64,000 nucleotides of DNA from a virus (lineage: Duplodnaviria; Caudoviricetes): positions 32,001-96,000 of IMG/VR virus record IMGVR_UViG_2906626472_000001. The stretch is one strand, 5' to 3'. Positions within the stretch are counted from its first letter, which is position 1; every line of letters begins with the position of its first letter. The notes beneath the pieces were generated by a model. That model was not told the origin of the DNA. It was given only the letters and a program-made list of their open reading frames with translations, and ran no database searches. Shown piece after piece: positions 30,100-39,712 of the stretch. Made by a program: the position numbers and the translations under genes.

Positions 30100-30470
30100 T
30101 CAAGAACACAGGTGGTCTACCGCACCGGCAACGGTGTCGGCTCTAACGGGTAAGCCAGTAGCCCCGCAGCCCTCGTAATTCCTCAAAGCGGCCCCTGAGG
30201 GGGAACACTGATCCTGTTAAAACGCGATGCGGTCGAGGCAAGATCGATCGACTTCTGGATTGGATCGATCCCACCTGGAGAGGCCTCCGGCTCGCGCGCA
30301 CGTCGGGTTAAATCCATCTGCCGTAAAACACGGTGGAGCCTCTCATACATTTCCCTCGGTGCCAGCCGATCGTCACCTGAAGACATAGGGGTGGCTGGTT
30401 AAATGCAGGCCATGCGTCAAGCCGAGCGCTCGCGTTGTCGAGCACAGCCCGTCGCCCATCGGCGGCGGGC
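30100..30470 (+). ncRNA. Candidate structured ncRNA upstream of tRNA(CAT)
   Basis: No plausible ORF; hairpins CACCG-GCAA-CGGTG, GATCGATC...GATCGATC and GCCCGTCGCC-CATC-GGCGGCGGGC. Confidence 0.35.
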
Positions 30471-30473
30471 ATC

Positions 30474-30548
30474 GCCTGGGTAGCTCAGCGGTAGAGCAGC
30501 GGGGTCATAATCCGCTTGTCGTAGGTTCGATCCCTGCCCCCGGCACCA
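30474..30548 (+). tRNA. tRNA with CAT anticodon (Met or Ile2)
   Basis: D-arm GCTC-AGCGGTA-GAGC, anticodon arm GCGGG-GTCATAA-TCCGC, T-loop TTCGATC, A73 and CCA. Confidence 0.85.
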
Positions 30549-30656
30549 AATTCAAGCCGCAAGGCGCACGCTCCCCCGCGTACCGACGACTGGTCACTCC
30601 GTCGCGTGAAGAAATCGGAGAGGGGGATCAACACACACGCCATTGAAAATTCATGC

Positions 30657-30730
30657 ATCGGGGTCCTCCGGCGTAGGCGGCCGGTCTCCAAAACTGCGCT
30701 GCGAGAGTTCGAGTCTCTCCCCCGGTGCCA
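30657..30730 (+). tRNA. tRNA-Trp(CCA) with atypical D-arm
   Basis: Acceptor ATCGGGG/CCCCGGT, loop CTCCAAA, T-arm GAGAG-TTCGAGT-CTCTC, G73 and CCA. Confidence 0.75.
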
Positions 30731-30750
30731 ATAAAAAAACAAGAAGAGCC

Positions 30751-33261
30751 ATGGCCACGAACAACTCATCGGAAGTGCAGGATGCGACTGTCAGCGACAC
30801 GTCGGCGTCCAATCCGGCGACTGCCGGAACGTCGCGCTACCGCGTCATCGCCCCGCACGGAATCCACCTCGGGCTCGATTTCTTCGGCGTAAATTCGATC
30901 ATCAATCTGACGGCAGGCGGCGCCAAATATCTGCTCCTGAACAGCCAGATTGCGCTCGCATCCGAGCAGGCCCCTGTGGGCGTGCCGGATGGTCCAAGCG
31001 AAGACGACGTCAAGATCGATATCTACGTCAACAGTGCGGCGAAGACCGTTTCGCTCACGAAGCTCCGGGAGATGTTCCCGAACATCCAGGGTCCTGCTGG
31101 CGATCCCGGTCTGCCGGGACCACGCGGCGCCCGTGGTGAGAAGGGCGACAAGGGCAGCGACGGTCACAGCATCTACCTGAAGGGCGTTGTCTGGAGCGTG
31201 GACCTTCTCCCGGCGGGCGCGAGCCAGGGCGACGTTTATCTTGTGCAAACCACGAGCCATTGGTGGGCGTGGCTGGACTCCAGCTGGGTCGACCTGGGCT
31301 CGTTCAGGGGAGAGCAAGGCCCGCAAGGTCTGCGCGGACCTGAGGGCGAGCGCGGAGAAAAGGGCGAGCGAGGTCCACTCGGCGCAGTCGATCCCGCCGA
31401 CATGCTGACGATCGCAAACAATGTTCTGTCGGCGCAAGCCTACGCCGATTCTGCTCATACGTCTGAGACGAATGCGGCTTCGTTCAAGAATGGCGCGGCA
31501 AGCTCGGCGACGGCGGCGGCTACGTCCGCGACGAATGCCAGCGACAGCGCAGCAGCGTCTGCCGGATCGGCATCCGCCTCGGCCATGAGTGCCTCGGCAG
31601 CTAGTTTGAGCGAGACCAATGCTGCCGTCAGCGCATCAAATGCGGCAACCAGCGAAGTCAATGCTGCGGCTTCTGCCGCCGCGGCTGCGTCGTCCAAAGG
31701 CGATGTAGAAACCGCACTGGCGGAAATGACCACCCTGGCTGCGGATGCGTCAACGAGCGCCTCCAACGCTCATACCTCGGAGACGAACGCGGCTGCGTCA
31801 AAGAGCGCTGCTGCTGCTTCGGCTTCGGCGGCGGCTACGTCCGAGACCAATGCGAGCGCGAGCGCGACGGCTGCCGCTGGATCGGCATCATCCGCATCCG
31901 ACAGCGCCGCATCGGCTCTGGGAAGCAAGAACGCAGCCAGCACCAGCGCATCGAATGCGGCCACCAGCGAAAGCAACGCAGCTGCTTCCGCCGCGGCGGC
32001 GGCTGCATCAGCGGGCGCGATGACGCCTGCCTCGGCCTTGCCGCTCGTGGATGGCGCGGCCGACGTTGGTACGTCAGCGAAATACGCGAGGGAGGATCAC
32101 AGGCACGGCACGGATACCACTCGTGCTCCTGTTGCGTCGCCGTCCTTCACCGGAAATGTCAGTATTGAGGCGGGCAGCTATCTCAGCTTCGGTGCAACAC
32201 CCGGCACCAGCGGCTACGGCATCCGCGACAATGCGGGTGTCATCGAGACCAAGAGTTCCGGCGCAGCCTGGTCGCCGGTCGCTACCACCGCCTACGTCTC
32301 TTCGGCTGTGGCGAACATCGTCAACTCGGCTCCGAGCACGCTCGATACTCTGAACGAGCTGGCTTCGGCTCTCGGCAACGATGCGAACTTCTCGACCACG
32401 GTTTCGGCCGCCCTGGGCAACCGCCTCCGGGTCGACACCAACGCGCAGGGCCTGGATGCCACCCAGCAGAGCAATGGCCGGACCAATCTCGGCCTCGGCA
32501 ACGCCGCGACCCAGAACGTCGGCACGACCGCCGGCACCGTCGCTGCGGGTAACGACTCTCGTTTCACGGCTGGCGCCTTCACGACGCTGACGGTCGGTGG
32601 CAACGCCGTCTGGCACACCGGCAACTTCGCTCCTGGCAACTACATGCCGCTCGGTGGCGGGACGATGACCGGTGTGATGTATGGCGCCACGCTCAATTTG
32701 GCCATGGTGGCGGGCGACGGCAGCTCACTTGGTAGCTTCGTTTGCCGAGCCGCCGGTACCGGCGATGGCGGTCTGGCCGGCTTGACCTTCTACAACAACG
32801 CTTATGCCATCAAGCTTGGCATTCGTTCGGACGGCTACTTCGGCCTGGGAGGTTGGTCGCGAGCAGCTTGGTCCTGGTACTCGGCGTCAGACGGCTCGAT
32901 GGTCGCAGCCGGCAACATCTCGGCGTACTCGGATCCAGATCTGAAGGACGATGTGAGCGTCATTTCTGATGCGCTCGACATCATCAGCAAGCTCGATGGT
33001 GTCCGGTTCACCTGGAACCACAAGACGAAGCTGATTGGCCGTCCTGGAGAGCGCGACGTTGGTGTCCTGGCCGACCAGGTCGAGGCGGTCCTGCCCGAAC
33101 TCGTTGGTCTTTCGATTCCCGATGACGACAACGATGGCAAGCAGTGGCGCGTGGTCGCCTACGACAAGCTCGTGCCCGTCCTCATCGAAGGCATCAAGGC
33201 GCAGCAGGCGAAGATCGACGGGCTCCTGAGCTGGGCGCGATCCAACGGCTTCGACGGATAA
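30751..33261 (+). CDS. Fibre protein with collagen-like Gly-X-Y repeats, Ala/Ser coiled-coil repeats and C-terminal peptidase S74 chaperone
   Basis: GPAGDPGLPGPRGARGEKGDKG; repeated SETNAAAS; YSDPDLKDDV...GVLADQVEAVLPE...VAYDKLVPVLIEGIK. Confidence 0.85.
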   Translation: MATNNSSEVQDATVSDTSASNPATAGTSRYRVIAPHGIHLGLDFFGVNSIINLTAGGAKYLLLNSQIALASEQAPVGVPDGPSEDDVKIDIYVNSAAKTVSLTKLREMFPNIQGPAGDPGLPGPRGARGEKGDKGSDGHSIYLKGVVWSVDLLPAGASQGDVYLVQTTSHWWAWLDSSWVDLGSFRGEQGPQGLRGPEGERGEKGERGPLGAVDPADMLTIANNVLSAQAYADSAHTSETNAASFKNGAASSATAAATSATNASDSAAASAGSASASAMSASAASLSETNAAVSASNAATSEVNAAASAAAAASSKGDVETALAEMTTLAADASTSASNAHTSETNAAASKSAAAASASAAATSETNASASATAAAGSASSASDSAASALGSKNAASTSASNAATSESNAAASAAAAAASAGAMTPASALPLVDGAADVGTSAKYAREDHRHGTDTTRAPVASPSFTGNVSIEAGSYLSFGATPGTSGYGIRDNAGVIETKSSGAAWSPVATTAYVSSAVANIVNSAPSTLDTLNELASALGNDANFSTTVSAALGNRLRVDTNAQGLDATQQSNGRTNLGLGNAATQNVGTTAGTVAAGNDSRFTAGAFTTLTVGGNAVWHTGNFAPGNYMPLGGGTMTGVMYGATLNLAMVAGDGSSLGSFVCRAAGTGDGGLAGLTFYNNAYAIKLGIRSDGYFGLGGWSRAAWSWYSASDGSMVAAGNISAYSDPDLKDDVSVISDALDIISKLDGVRFTWNHKTKLIGRPGERDVGVLADQVEAVLPELVGLSIPDDDNDGKQWRVVAYDKLVPVLIEGIKAQQAKIDGLLSWARSNGFDG

Positions 33262-33306
33262 CACACTCAACCCAACCGGAGCTGCCTCACCGCGGCTCCG
33301 GTCAAC

Positions 33307-33729
33307 ATGGCTAGAACGATGTTCGCCCTCCTATCCCTCATCCCGGGTCTCGTCTCAGGACTTCTGAACTGGCTCAACAAGAAGACAGATGCCGACCTTG
33401 AGAAGTGGAAGGCTGCTGTCGGCGGAGACGTGACGCTGAATGTCGCCGAACTCCGATACAAGGTCGAGGTCGCCAGAATGGCGGCCGAGATGCGCAAGGA
33501 CGACCGCGACCACTGGTTCACCGCCTGGATGGTGCCGACCGCCTTCGCAATCTTCATCATCCACGTCGCCGCTGTCGTTTTCGACAGCATCCCGTTGCTC
33601 GGCCACGAGGTCGGAAGCTGGCAGGTCGCCAAGTTGCCGGGCCTGTATGCCGACATGCAATACAACATCGTCATGACGATCTGCGGCGTCGCCGGCGTCT
33701 CGGCGATCAAGAAGATTTTCTCCCGATGA
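33307..33729 (+). CDS. Putative holin (3TM type)
   Basis: Amphipathic N-terminus, two hydrophobic segments and a basic C-terminus. Confidence 0.45.
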   Translation: MARTMFALLSLIPGLVSGLLNWLNKKTDADLEKWKAAVGGDVTLNVAELRYKVEVARMAAEMRKDDRDHWFTAWMVPTAFAIFIIHVAAVVFDSIPLLGHEVGSWQVAKLPGLYADMQYNIVMTICGVAGVSAIKKIFSR

Positions 33730-34061
33730 AGCCCATCACCGACACCTCGATGGTCTCCGAACTCTCGGCGGCCAAGAAGCCCATCGTCATCAAATTCGAA
33801 GCCAAATGGTGCGCGCCATGCAAAGCGATGACCCCGATGCTCAACGCTATCGAGCAAGAATACGGGGACCGCGTTCAATTCTTCACGGCCAACGTGGAAC
33901 ACTGTCAGCTGATGGCCCAGCGGTATCGGGTCTCTCAGATCCCCGCGCTTTTGGCTTTGGACGGAGGGATCGTGACAGGAACACGCACCGGCTCAGGATC
34001 AAAAGCGGAAGTCGTGGAGTGGATGAAGCAGTCCATCGCAGGCCTCCGAAATGAGCGATGA
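33726..34061 (+). CDS. Thioredoxin
   Basis: FEAKWCAPCK active site and cis-Pro IPA; ATG at 33726. Confidence 0.9.
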   Translation: MKPITDTSMVSELSAAKKPIVIKFEAKWCAPCKAMTPMLNAIEQEYGDRVQFFTANVEHCQLMAQRYRVSQIPALLALDGGIVTGTRTGSGSKAEVVEWMKQSIAGLRNER

Positions 34062-34278
34062 GGCGAAGCAAGGCTTCGTCATCGACTTCAACTCCATGAA
34101 CATCGTCTTCGAAGGCGGGTTTTCCGCGCCGATCGTTGCAATGATCGATCGGTTCGACATGGAGACGGACGATCCCCGCGAGGCTGAGGAAATTCTGATC
34201 GAGATGCCTCCGGAAGGCATCGTCGTGACCATGCTGATGAGCGACCTCGCACCCGTAATCGAGGCCACTCGCAACTAA
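34051..34278 (+). CDS. Hypothetical protein
   Basis: ORF overlapping the thioredoxin stop. Confidence 0.6.
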   Translation: MSDEAKQGFVIDFNSMNIVFEGGFSAPIVAMIDRFDMETDDPREAEEILIEMPPEGIVVTMLMSDLAPVIEATRN

Positions 34279-34291
34279 CAAGAAGAAGAAA

Positions 34292-34840
34292 ATGAGTGAT
34301 CTACCGCCACGTCGCCGGGGACGGCCGACGAAGGAGGAGGCGGCTGCCTATGCCGCTGCCGCCCAGGACAAGCAGAAGAAGGACAACAAGGAGACCGAGT
34401 ACCTCGACGAGGTGTTGGCCCAGCCGATCAAGCGACGCGCGGCGCAGGCAAAACTGCAGCCCGACGAGGCGACTTTGCGCACGATCGGCGAGCTGGGCAA
34501 GCTTTTCTGTACCCAGGAAGAGGTCGCAGCCGTGCTCGGCGTCTCCCGCCGCACGTTTCAGACCTTCATCTCCGAATGTCAGGAAGCCCGGGACGTCTGG
34601 GACGACGGCCTGATGCACGCCAAGGTCTCGCTCCGACGCAAACAGCTGTCGCTCGCCGACAAGAATGCGCCGGCCGCCATCTTCCTCGGCAAGAACTACC
34701 TCGGCCAGAAGGACGAGAGCACCACCAACATGAACATCTCCAAGCCCGTCGCTGAAATGAGCGAGGCGGAGCTGATGGAGATTGCCCAGCGCAAGTCGGC
34801 CGAGCCGAAGCCCGAGGCGAAGAAGGAAAGCGTCCACTGA
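34292..34840 (+). CDS. Putative terminase small subunit (HTH)
   Basis: HTH TQEEVAAVLGVSRRTF and AAIFLGKNYLGQKD, upstream of terL. Confidence 0.7.
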   Translation: MSDLPPRRRGRPTKEEAAAYAAAAQDKQKKDNKETEYLDEVLAQPIKRRAAQAKLQPDEATLRTIGELGKLFCTQEEVAAVLGVSRRTFQTFISECQEARDVWDDGLMHAKVSLRRKQLSLADKNAPAAIFLGKNYLGQKDESTTNMNISKPVAEMSEAELMEIAQRKSAEPKPEAKKESVH

Positions 34841-35087
34841 CGATCGAGCACCGGTCGTAGGAGAGATCCCAATGACCAACGACCGGCGCCGAACTCGAGC
34901 CGTCACCGAGACCATTCGCCAGCAGCGTCGCGACGCTATGGAGAAAAGCCTTTGGCACTCGAAGAACCTCTCCGAGGCCAAGCGAGAAGTGGCGGCTCCC
35001 GCTGCACCTCGACACGAAGAGCCGTTGGAAGTCCCGCAGGAGCAGGACATCCCGGCCATTGAACCACCCACGAAAGGAGAACTGATA

Positions 35088-35765
35088 ATGGGACTTCCCC
35101 ACCTGGTCATCGTCGGCGCCGATAAGGGCGGCGTCGGCAAGACCGTCGTTGCGCGCACCGTGCTCGACTACTTCAAGAGCGTCGGCGTCGATGCCCGCGC
35201 CGTCGACACGCAGCAGCCCGCCGGCAACCTGATCCGCTTCCACAAGGACGTCACCGAGGTGATCGACCTGTCCAGCTCGGACGGCCAGATCAAGGTGTTC
35301 GACTCGCTGCCGAAGCATCCGGTCACCGTGATCGACATCCAGGCAGGCCTGCTCACCCCGACGCTGACCCTGCTGAGCGAGATTGGCCTGCTTGCCATGG
35401 TGCAGGACGGCAAGATGAACGTGACCACGATGCAGGTCATCGGCAGCACGGTCCAGTCGCTCAGCGAGATCGAGGTCGCTGCCAAGATCCTGACCGGATC
35501 GCGGCACTTCATCGTCAAGAACCACACCAACGACGCCGCGTTCTTCGCCGGCCTCAATGTGGCGACCGACGCGATGAAGGCCGGCACCGCGCTGATCGAC
35601 ATCCCGAAGCTGGATGAGCGCGCAACCGAATACGTTGAGGCCGCGGCCACGTCGTTCTCGGAATACGCCAAGACCGGCGACTCCTTCGTCATGAGGGGGA
35701 AGGTCGGCCACTGGCTCAAGAGCGTCTTCGCCCAGTACGAGGCTACCAAGCTGAACATCGTCTAA
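35088..35765 (+). CDS. ParA/MinD-superfamily P-loop ATPase
   Basis: Deviant Walker A GADKGGVGKT; AAAGGAGA RBS before ATG 35088. Confidence 0.8.
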   Translation: MGLPHLVIVGADKGGVGKTVVARTVLDYFKSVGVDARAVDTQQPAGNLIRFHKDVTEVIDLSSSDGQIKVFDSLPKHPVTVIDIQAGLLTPTLTLLSEIGLLAMVQDGKMNVTTMQVIGSTVQSLSEIEVAAKILTGSRHFIVKNHTNDAAFFAGLNVATDAMKAGTALIDIPKLDERATEYVEAAATSFSEYAKTGDSFVMRGKVGHWLKSVFAQYEATKLNIV

Positions 35766-36295
35766 TGGCCCTCGTCATCAACCTCATCGGAGGCCCGGGC
35801 TCGGGGAAGAGCACGACCGCAGCCGGTCTGTTCTTCCTTATGAAGCTCGCCGGGCTGAAGGCGGAGTTGGTGGTGGAGTACGCCAAAGAGCTGTCCTACG
35901 ACGAGAACTGGAGCACGTTGAAAAACCAGCTCCACGTTCTCGCCGAGTAGGAGAGACGACAGCGATGCCTGGTCGACAAGGTCGACTACATCATCACGGA
36001 CTCGCCATTGCTGACCAGCATGGCCTACGTCTCGGACCCGCGGGATTGCATGCCAGTGGCCGAGGCGGCGACCGTCCTCTTCTCCACCTACGACAATGTC
36101 AACTTCGTCATCAAGCGGGTCAAGCCGTACGCCACGTACGGGCGCAATCAGACAGAGGACGAAGCCAAAGAGCTTGATCAACGCCTGGTCGAAGGGATCT
36201 GGGCGAACGAAGTGATCGACCTCATCGTGTCAGGAGACGTGACCGCGCCACAGGTGATCTTCGATCATCTGAAGCGAACGCGGATGATTTTCTGA
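35765..36295 (+). pseudogene. NadR/Ttd14-type AAA_28 kinase/ATPase interrupted by an in-frame TAG (35948-35950)
   Basis: GGPGSGKST, EYAKE, NQLHVLAE*ERRQRCLVDKVDYIITDSPLL all in one frame. Confidence 0.75.
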
Positions 36296-36403
36296 CAGGC
36301 CGAGAACAAGACCCCTGACGGGATCGCGCAAGCGACCGCAACACTAAGTTCTGAGCTTACAGGACGATCCGCTTGGCCAGCGGGCGTGGGGTCCTCCTTT
36401 TTC

Positions 36404-36477
36404 GACGCGGTGGCCGAGCGGCCAGGCAGCAGATTGCAACCCTGCGGAGGCTGGTTCGACTCCAGCCCGCGTCTCCA
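36404..36477 (+). tRNA. tRNA-Cys(GCA)
   Basis: Acceptor GACGCGG/CCGCGTC, loop TTGCAAC, T-arm GCTGG-TTCGACT-CCAGC, U73 and CCA. Confidence 0.9.
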
Positions 36478-36554
36478 TTCACTCTGGTCGAGTTGCCGCT
36501 TCGGGGGCATCAGCGCCTCGCGCCTCGACCGGAGTCTAAACTCCGGAAAGCACC

Positions 36555-38012
36555 GTGAACGAACTTATCGACGTCTCCCCCGAGGAGGCGGCGGCCGAGA
36601 TCCTGCGTCGTAGGAGGGGCCGCGAGCACCTCATCGACTTCACCCAATACACGCTCCCCAAATACAAGGCCGATCCGTTTCATCGTCTCGTCGCAGAGAA
36701 GCTGGAAGCAGTCGAGCGCGGGGAGATCAAGCGACTGATGCTGTTCGCGCCGCCGCGGCACGGCAAGTCCGAGCTGTCGACCAGGCGCTTCCCGGCCTTC
36801 TTCATGGCCAGGAACCCCGAGAAGAACGTGATCTCGGCGTCGTACAACGGCGACTTCGCGACCACGTTCGGACGCAACGTCCGCGACATCGTCAAGGGCA
36901 AAGAATTTCAGACCCTGTTTCCGAATGTCGGAATCAAGTCCGACAACCGAGCGGCCGACGAATGGGCGCTAGAGCAGGGCGGGCAATACTTCGCGGTCGG
37001 CGTCGGCACAGGCACGACAGGTAAGGGCGCCCATCTCTTTCTGATCGACGACCCCATCAAGGACCGCAAGGAAGTCAAATCAGCCGGCTTCCGCGACGAC
37101 CAGTGGGATTGGTATCGCGACGTCGTTTACACCCGTCTCGAGGAGGATGCCGCAATCGTCCTCACGCTGACGCGGTGGCACTACGACGACATCGCCGGCC
37201 GGCTCATCGAACTGATGAACGACGGCAAGGGCTTGCCCTGGGAGATCCTGTATCTACCGGCGCTGCCCTACACGAAGAAGACCGAGTCGGGTGAGCTGAT
37301 CCTCAACGACGACGGCACATGCCCGGGCGATCCGCTCCGGCGCAAGCCGAACGAGCCGCTGGCTCCGCAGCGCTTCTCCTACAACGCGCTCCAGGATCGT
37401 CTCGACGTTCTCGGCGAGCGCTCGTTCGCAGCGCTCTATCAGCAGCAGCCGATGACCGACGACGGCGGCATGTTCAGGTCCGACTGGTTCGCGCCATGTC
37501 CGGTCGCTGAGCTTCCCGCTCGCCGCGTCAAGGTTCGTGCCTGGGATTTGGCGGCAACAGCTGACGGCGACTACACGGTCGGCGTCCTGATGTCGCGCGA
37601 CGCTCAAGGCATCTTCTACATCGAGCACGTCATCCGCTTCCGCGGCTCGCCTCTCGAAGTCGAAAAGAAAATCTTCGAGACGGCCAAGAACGACGGTCGC
37701 TCGACGCAGATCTTCATCCCGCAAGACCCAGGCCAGGCCGGCAAGAGCCAGGTCCAGGGCTTCATCCGCCGGCTCGCCGGCTACATCGTTAAGACTGCAC
37801 GCCCCACCGGATCGAAAGAAGTCCGCGCTGCCGCATTCGCGGCGCAGGCTGAGAACGGCATGGTGAAGATGGTTCCGGGCTCCTGGAACAACGTCTTCAC
37901 CGATGAGCTGGAGACGTTCCCACTCGGCACCTACGACGACCAAGTCGACGCAGCTGCTGACGCATTCAACGCTCTGCTCGGTCCCAAGAAGGCCGCGGTC
38001 CTTGACTGGTAA
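36555..38012 (+). CDS. terL: Terminase large subunit
   Basis: Walker A PPRHGKS, Walker B LIDDP, coupling motif TRWH, nuclease WDLA...D and DDQVDA. Confidence 0.95.
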   Translation: MNELIDVSPEEAAAEILRRRRGREHLIDFTQYTLPKYKADPFHRLVAEKLEAVERGEIKRLMLFAPPRHGKSELSTRRFPAFFMARNPEKNVISASYNGDFATTFGRNVRDIVKGKEFQTLFPNVGIKSDNRAADEWALEQGGQYFAVGVGTGTTGKGAHLFLIDDPIKDRKEVKSAGFRDDQWDWYRDVVYTRLEEDAAIVLTLTRWHYDDIAGRLIELMNDGKGLPWEILYLPALPYTKKTESGELILNDDGTCPGDPLRRKPNEPLAPQRFSYNALQDRLDVLGERSFAALYQQQPMTDDGGMFRSDWFAPCPVAELPARRVKVRAWDLAATADGDYTVGVLMSRDAQGIFYIEHVIRFRGSPLEVEKKIFETAKNDGRSTQIFIPQDPGQAGKSQVQGFIRRLAGYIVKTARPTGSKEVRAAAFAAQAENGMVKMVPGSWNNVFTDELETFPLGTYDDQVDAAADAFNALLGPKKAAVLDW

Positions 38013-38032
38013 CGTCAGGACACCCCCGCCAA

Positions 38033-39673
38033 ATGGCTGATAACAGCAACCAATTCGTCTACGTCCCTTCACCCCAGAGTGGCAACCCAGGTCAGACGTC
38101 TGCCGCTTTCACGACCATGCAGACCAGGACCTCATTGCTCCGCGCCGTTTACGGCGGCACGGAGACGATGCGCGCCAAGGCCCAAGAATTTCTTCCGCAG
38201 TATGAGAAGGAATCGGACGCTCGCTACCAAGCGCGACTGAAGTCCACGTTTGCGCTGAACAAGCTGCGTGAAGCGGTCGACGCCGCTTCGGCGAAGCCCT
38301 TCCGCACCATGCTCAAGGTTCTGGATCCGAGCAATGACCAGGACCTGCCGCTGTGGGTCCAGGACATCGACTTGCAGGGCAATCACCTGCACGTCTTCGC
38401 TCACCAGCTCTTCAACAACGCCATGCTCGACGGCATGGCTCACGTTCTGATCGACCATCCGTCGACGTTCAACATGCCAAACCTGGCGGCGCAGAAGGCG
38501 TCGGGCGCTCGTCCGTTCTTCAAGCTGTACAAGGTTGATGACGTCGCTGCCGCCTACGACGCTTATGTCGGTGGTGACGTCAAGACGTGGCATGTCCGCA
38601 TCCGCGGCTTCCGCGCTGATCGCGACGGGTTCAAGGAGAAGAGCTACAACCAGCTGCGAGTAATCGAGATCGACCCCACGAAGGGGACCGGTATCGTGCA
38701 GCTCTGGGAGCAACTTGCAACGTCGGGCGGCGGCAGCTGGACCTTCATCAGCGAAGAGCCGTTGCAGAACATGCCAGAGGTCCCGTTCGTCACGCTCTAT
38801 GCCGGCGAAAAGGAAGCCGACTACCAGGTCAAATCCGTCTTCCAGGACCTTGCCTATAAGCAGATCGAGCACTGGATCTCCAGCTCGGATCAGCGCTCCA
38901 TCCTCTCGGCTGCCCGCTTCCCGATGCTGGCGTGTTCCGGCGTCCAGATCGACCCGGAAGACGAGGCTCAGTTCGCCATCGGTCCGTACAAGGTGCTCTA
39001 CGCGCCCGAGGCCAATGGCCGCTGGTATTACGTCGAGCCCCGCGGCACGGCGATCGAGAGCGGCGCCAAGGATCTCGACCGACTCGAGATGCAGATGGAC
39101 ATGATGGCGCTCAACCCGGTCACGGGCACGCACCGTCAGTACGTTCCGCAGAACGAGCGCGACATCCAGGAGACTCGCGTTCACTCCGTCGTCCACGACA
39201 TGGCAATCAACTGTCAGGACGCCATTGAGCGGTGCATCCAGTTCATGGGGCAGTGGACCAATAAGGACCTGACCCAGGCCAAGGCGATCCTCAACACCGA
39301 GTTCTCGAACACCAAGGACCGGCTGCTCGAAGTCGCCCAGCTCGTGAAGATGTGGGAAGAGCGCGGCCTGTCGCGCAAAGCCCTGTTGACCGAAGTGGTG
39401 AACAGGAACTTGCTCGGAGACGATTTCAGCTTGGATGACGAGCTGGCCTTCTGGGCCAAGATCGACGAGCTGAACATGCAGGCCGCTGACGGCATGCTGC
39501 CCGGCCGCTGGACCCAGGCCGATCCGACGAAGGAGCCGGCAGGCGGTGGCGGCAGCAGCAGCTCCGACCCGAATGCCTCTGCAAACGGAAATGGAACCGG
39601 CACCGGAACCAACCCCGCGCCGAAGACATTCGATTTCCCGAAAGGTCAGACGCGCCCGACAAAGCAAATCTGA
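38033..39673 (+). CDS. Portal protein (DUF4055-like)
   Basis: Follows terL; GGTETMR...FLPQYEKES..RY..RL and IDLQGN.L..FA. Confidence 0.85.
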   Translation: MADNSNQFVYVPSPQSGNPGQTSAAFTTMQTRTSLLRAVYGGTETMRAKAQEFLPQYEKESDARYQARLKSTFALNKLREAVDAASAKPFRTMLKVLDPSNDQDLPLWVQDIDLQGNHLHVFAHQLFNNAMLDGMAHVLIDHPSTFNMPNLAAQKASGARPFFKLYKVDDVAAAYDAYVGGDVKTWHVRIRGFRADRDGFKEKSYNQLRVIEIDPTKGTGIVQLWEQLATSGGGSWTFISEEPLQNMPEVPFVTLYAGEKEADYQVKSVFQDLAYKQIEHWISSSDQRSILSAARFPMLACSGVQIDPEDEAQFAIGPYKVLYAPEANGRWYYVEPRGTAIESGAKDLDRLEMQMDMMALNPVTGTHRQYVPQNERDIQETRVHSVVHDMAINCQDAIERCIQFMGQWTNKDLTQAKAILNTEFSNTKDRLLEVAQLVKMWEERGLSRKALLTEVVNRNLLGDDFSLDDELAFWAKIDELNMQAADGMLPGRWTQADPTKEPAGGGGSSSSDPNASANGNGTGTGTNPAPKTFDFPKGQTRPTKQI

Positions 39674-39712
39674 TTGACTCGCTGCAAACGGCAATGCTAA
39701 TTACCGCGCCCC

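Noticed and set aside
30643-30750. ORF-track N-terminal extension of the fibre gene
   Set aside because: It overlaps tRNA-Trp; the ATG at 30751 is the more plausible start.
35948-35950. Genome-wide TAG-to-Gln recoding
   Set aside because: TAG ends ordinary genes here (e.g. 8767, 29617, 39967, 61770), long genes are not fragmented, and no suppressor tRNA is in the window.
36315-36345. Hammerhead ribozyme core
   Set aside because: CTGACGG...GCAA deviates from the required CUGANGA...GAAA, and no stem I or III was found.
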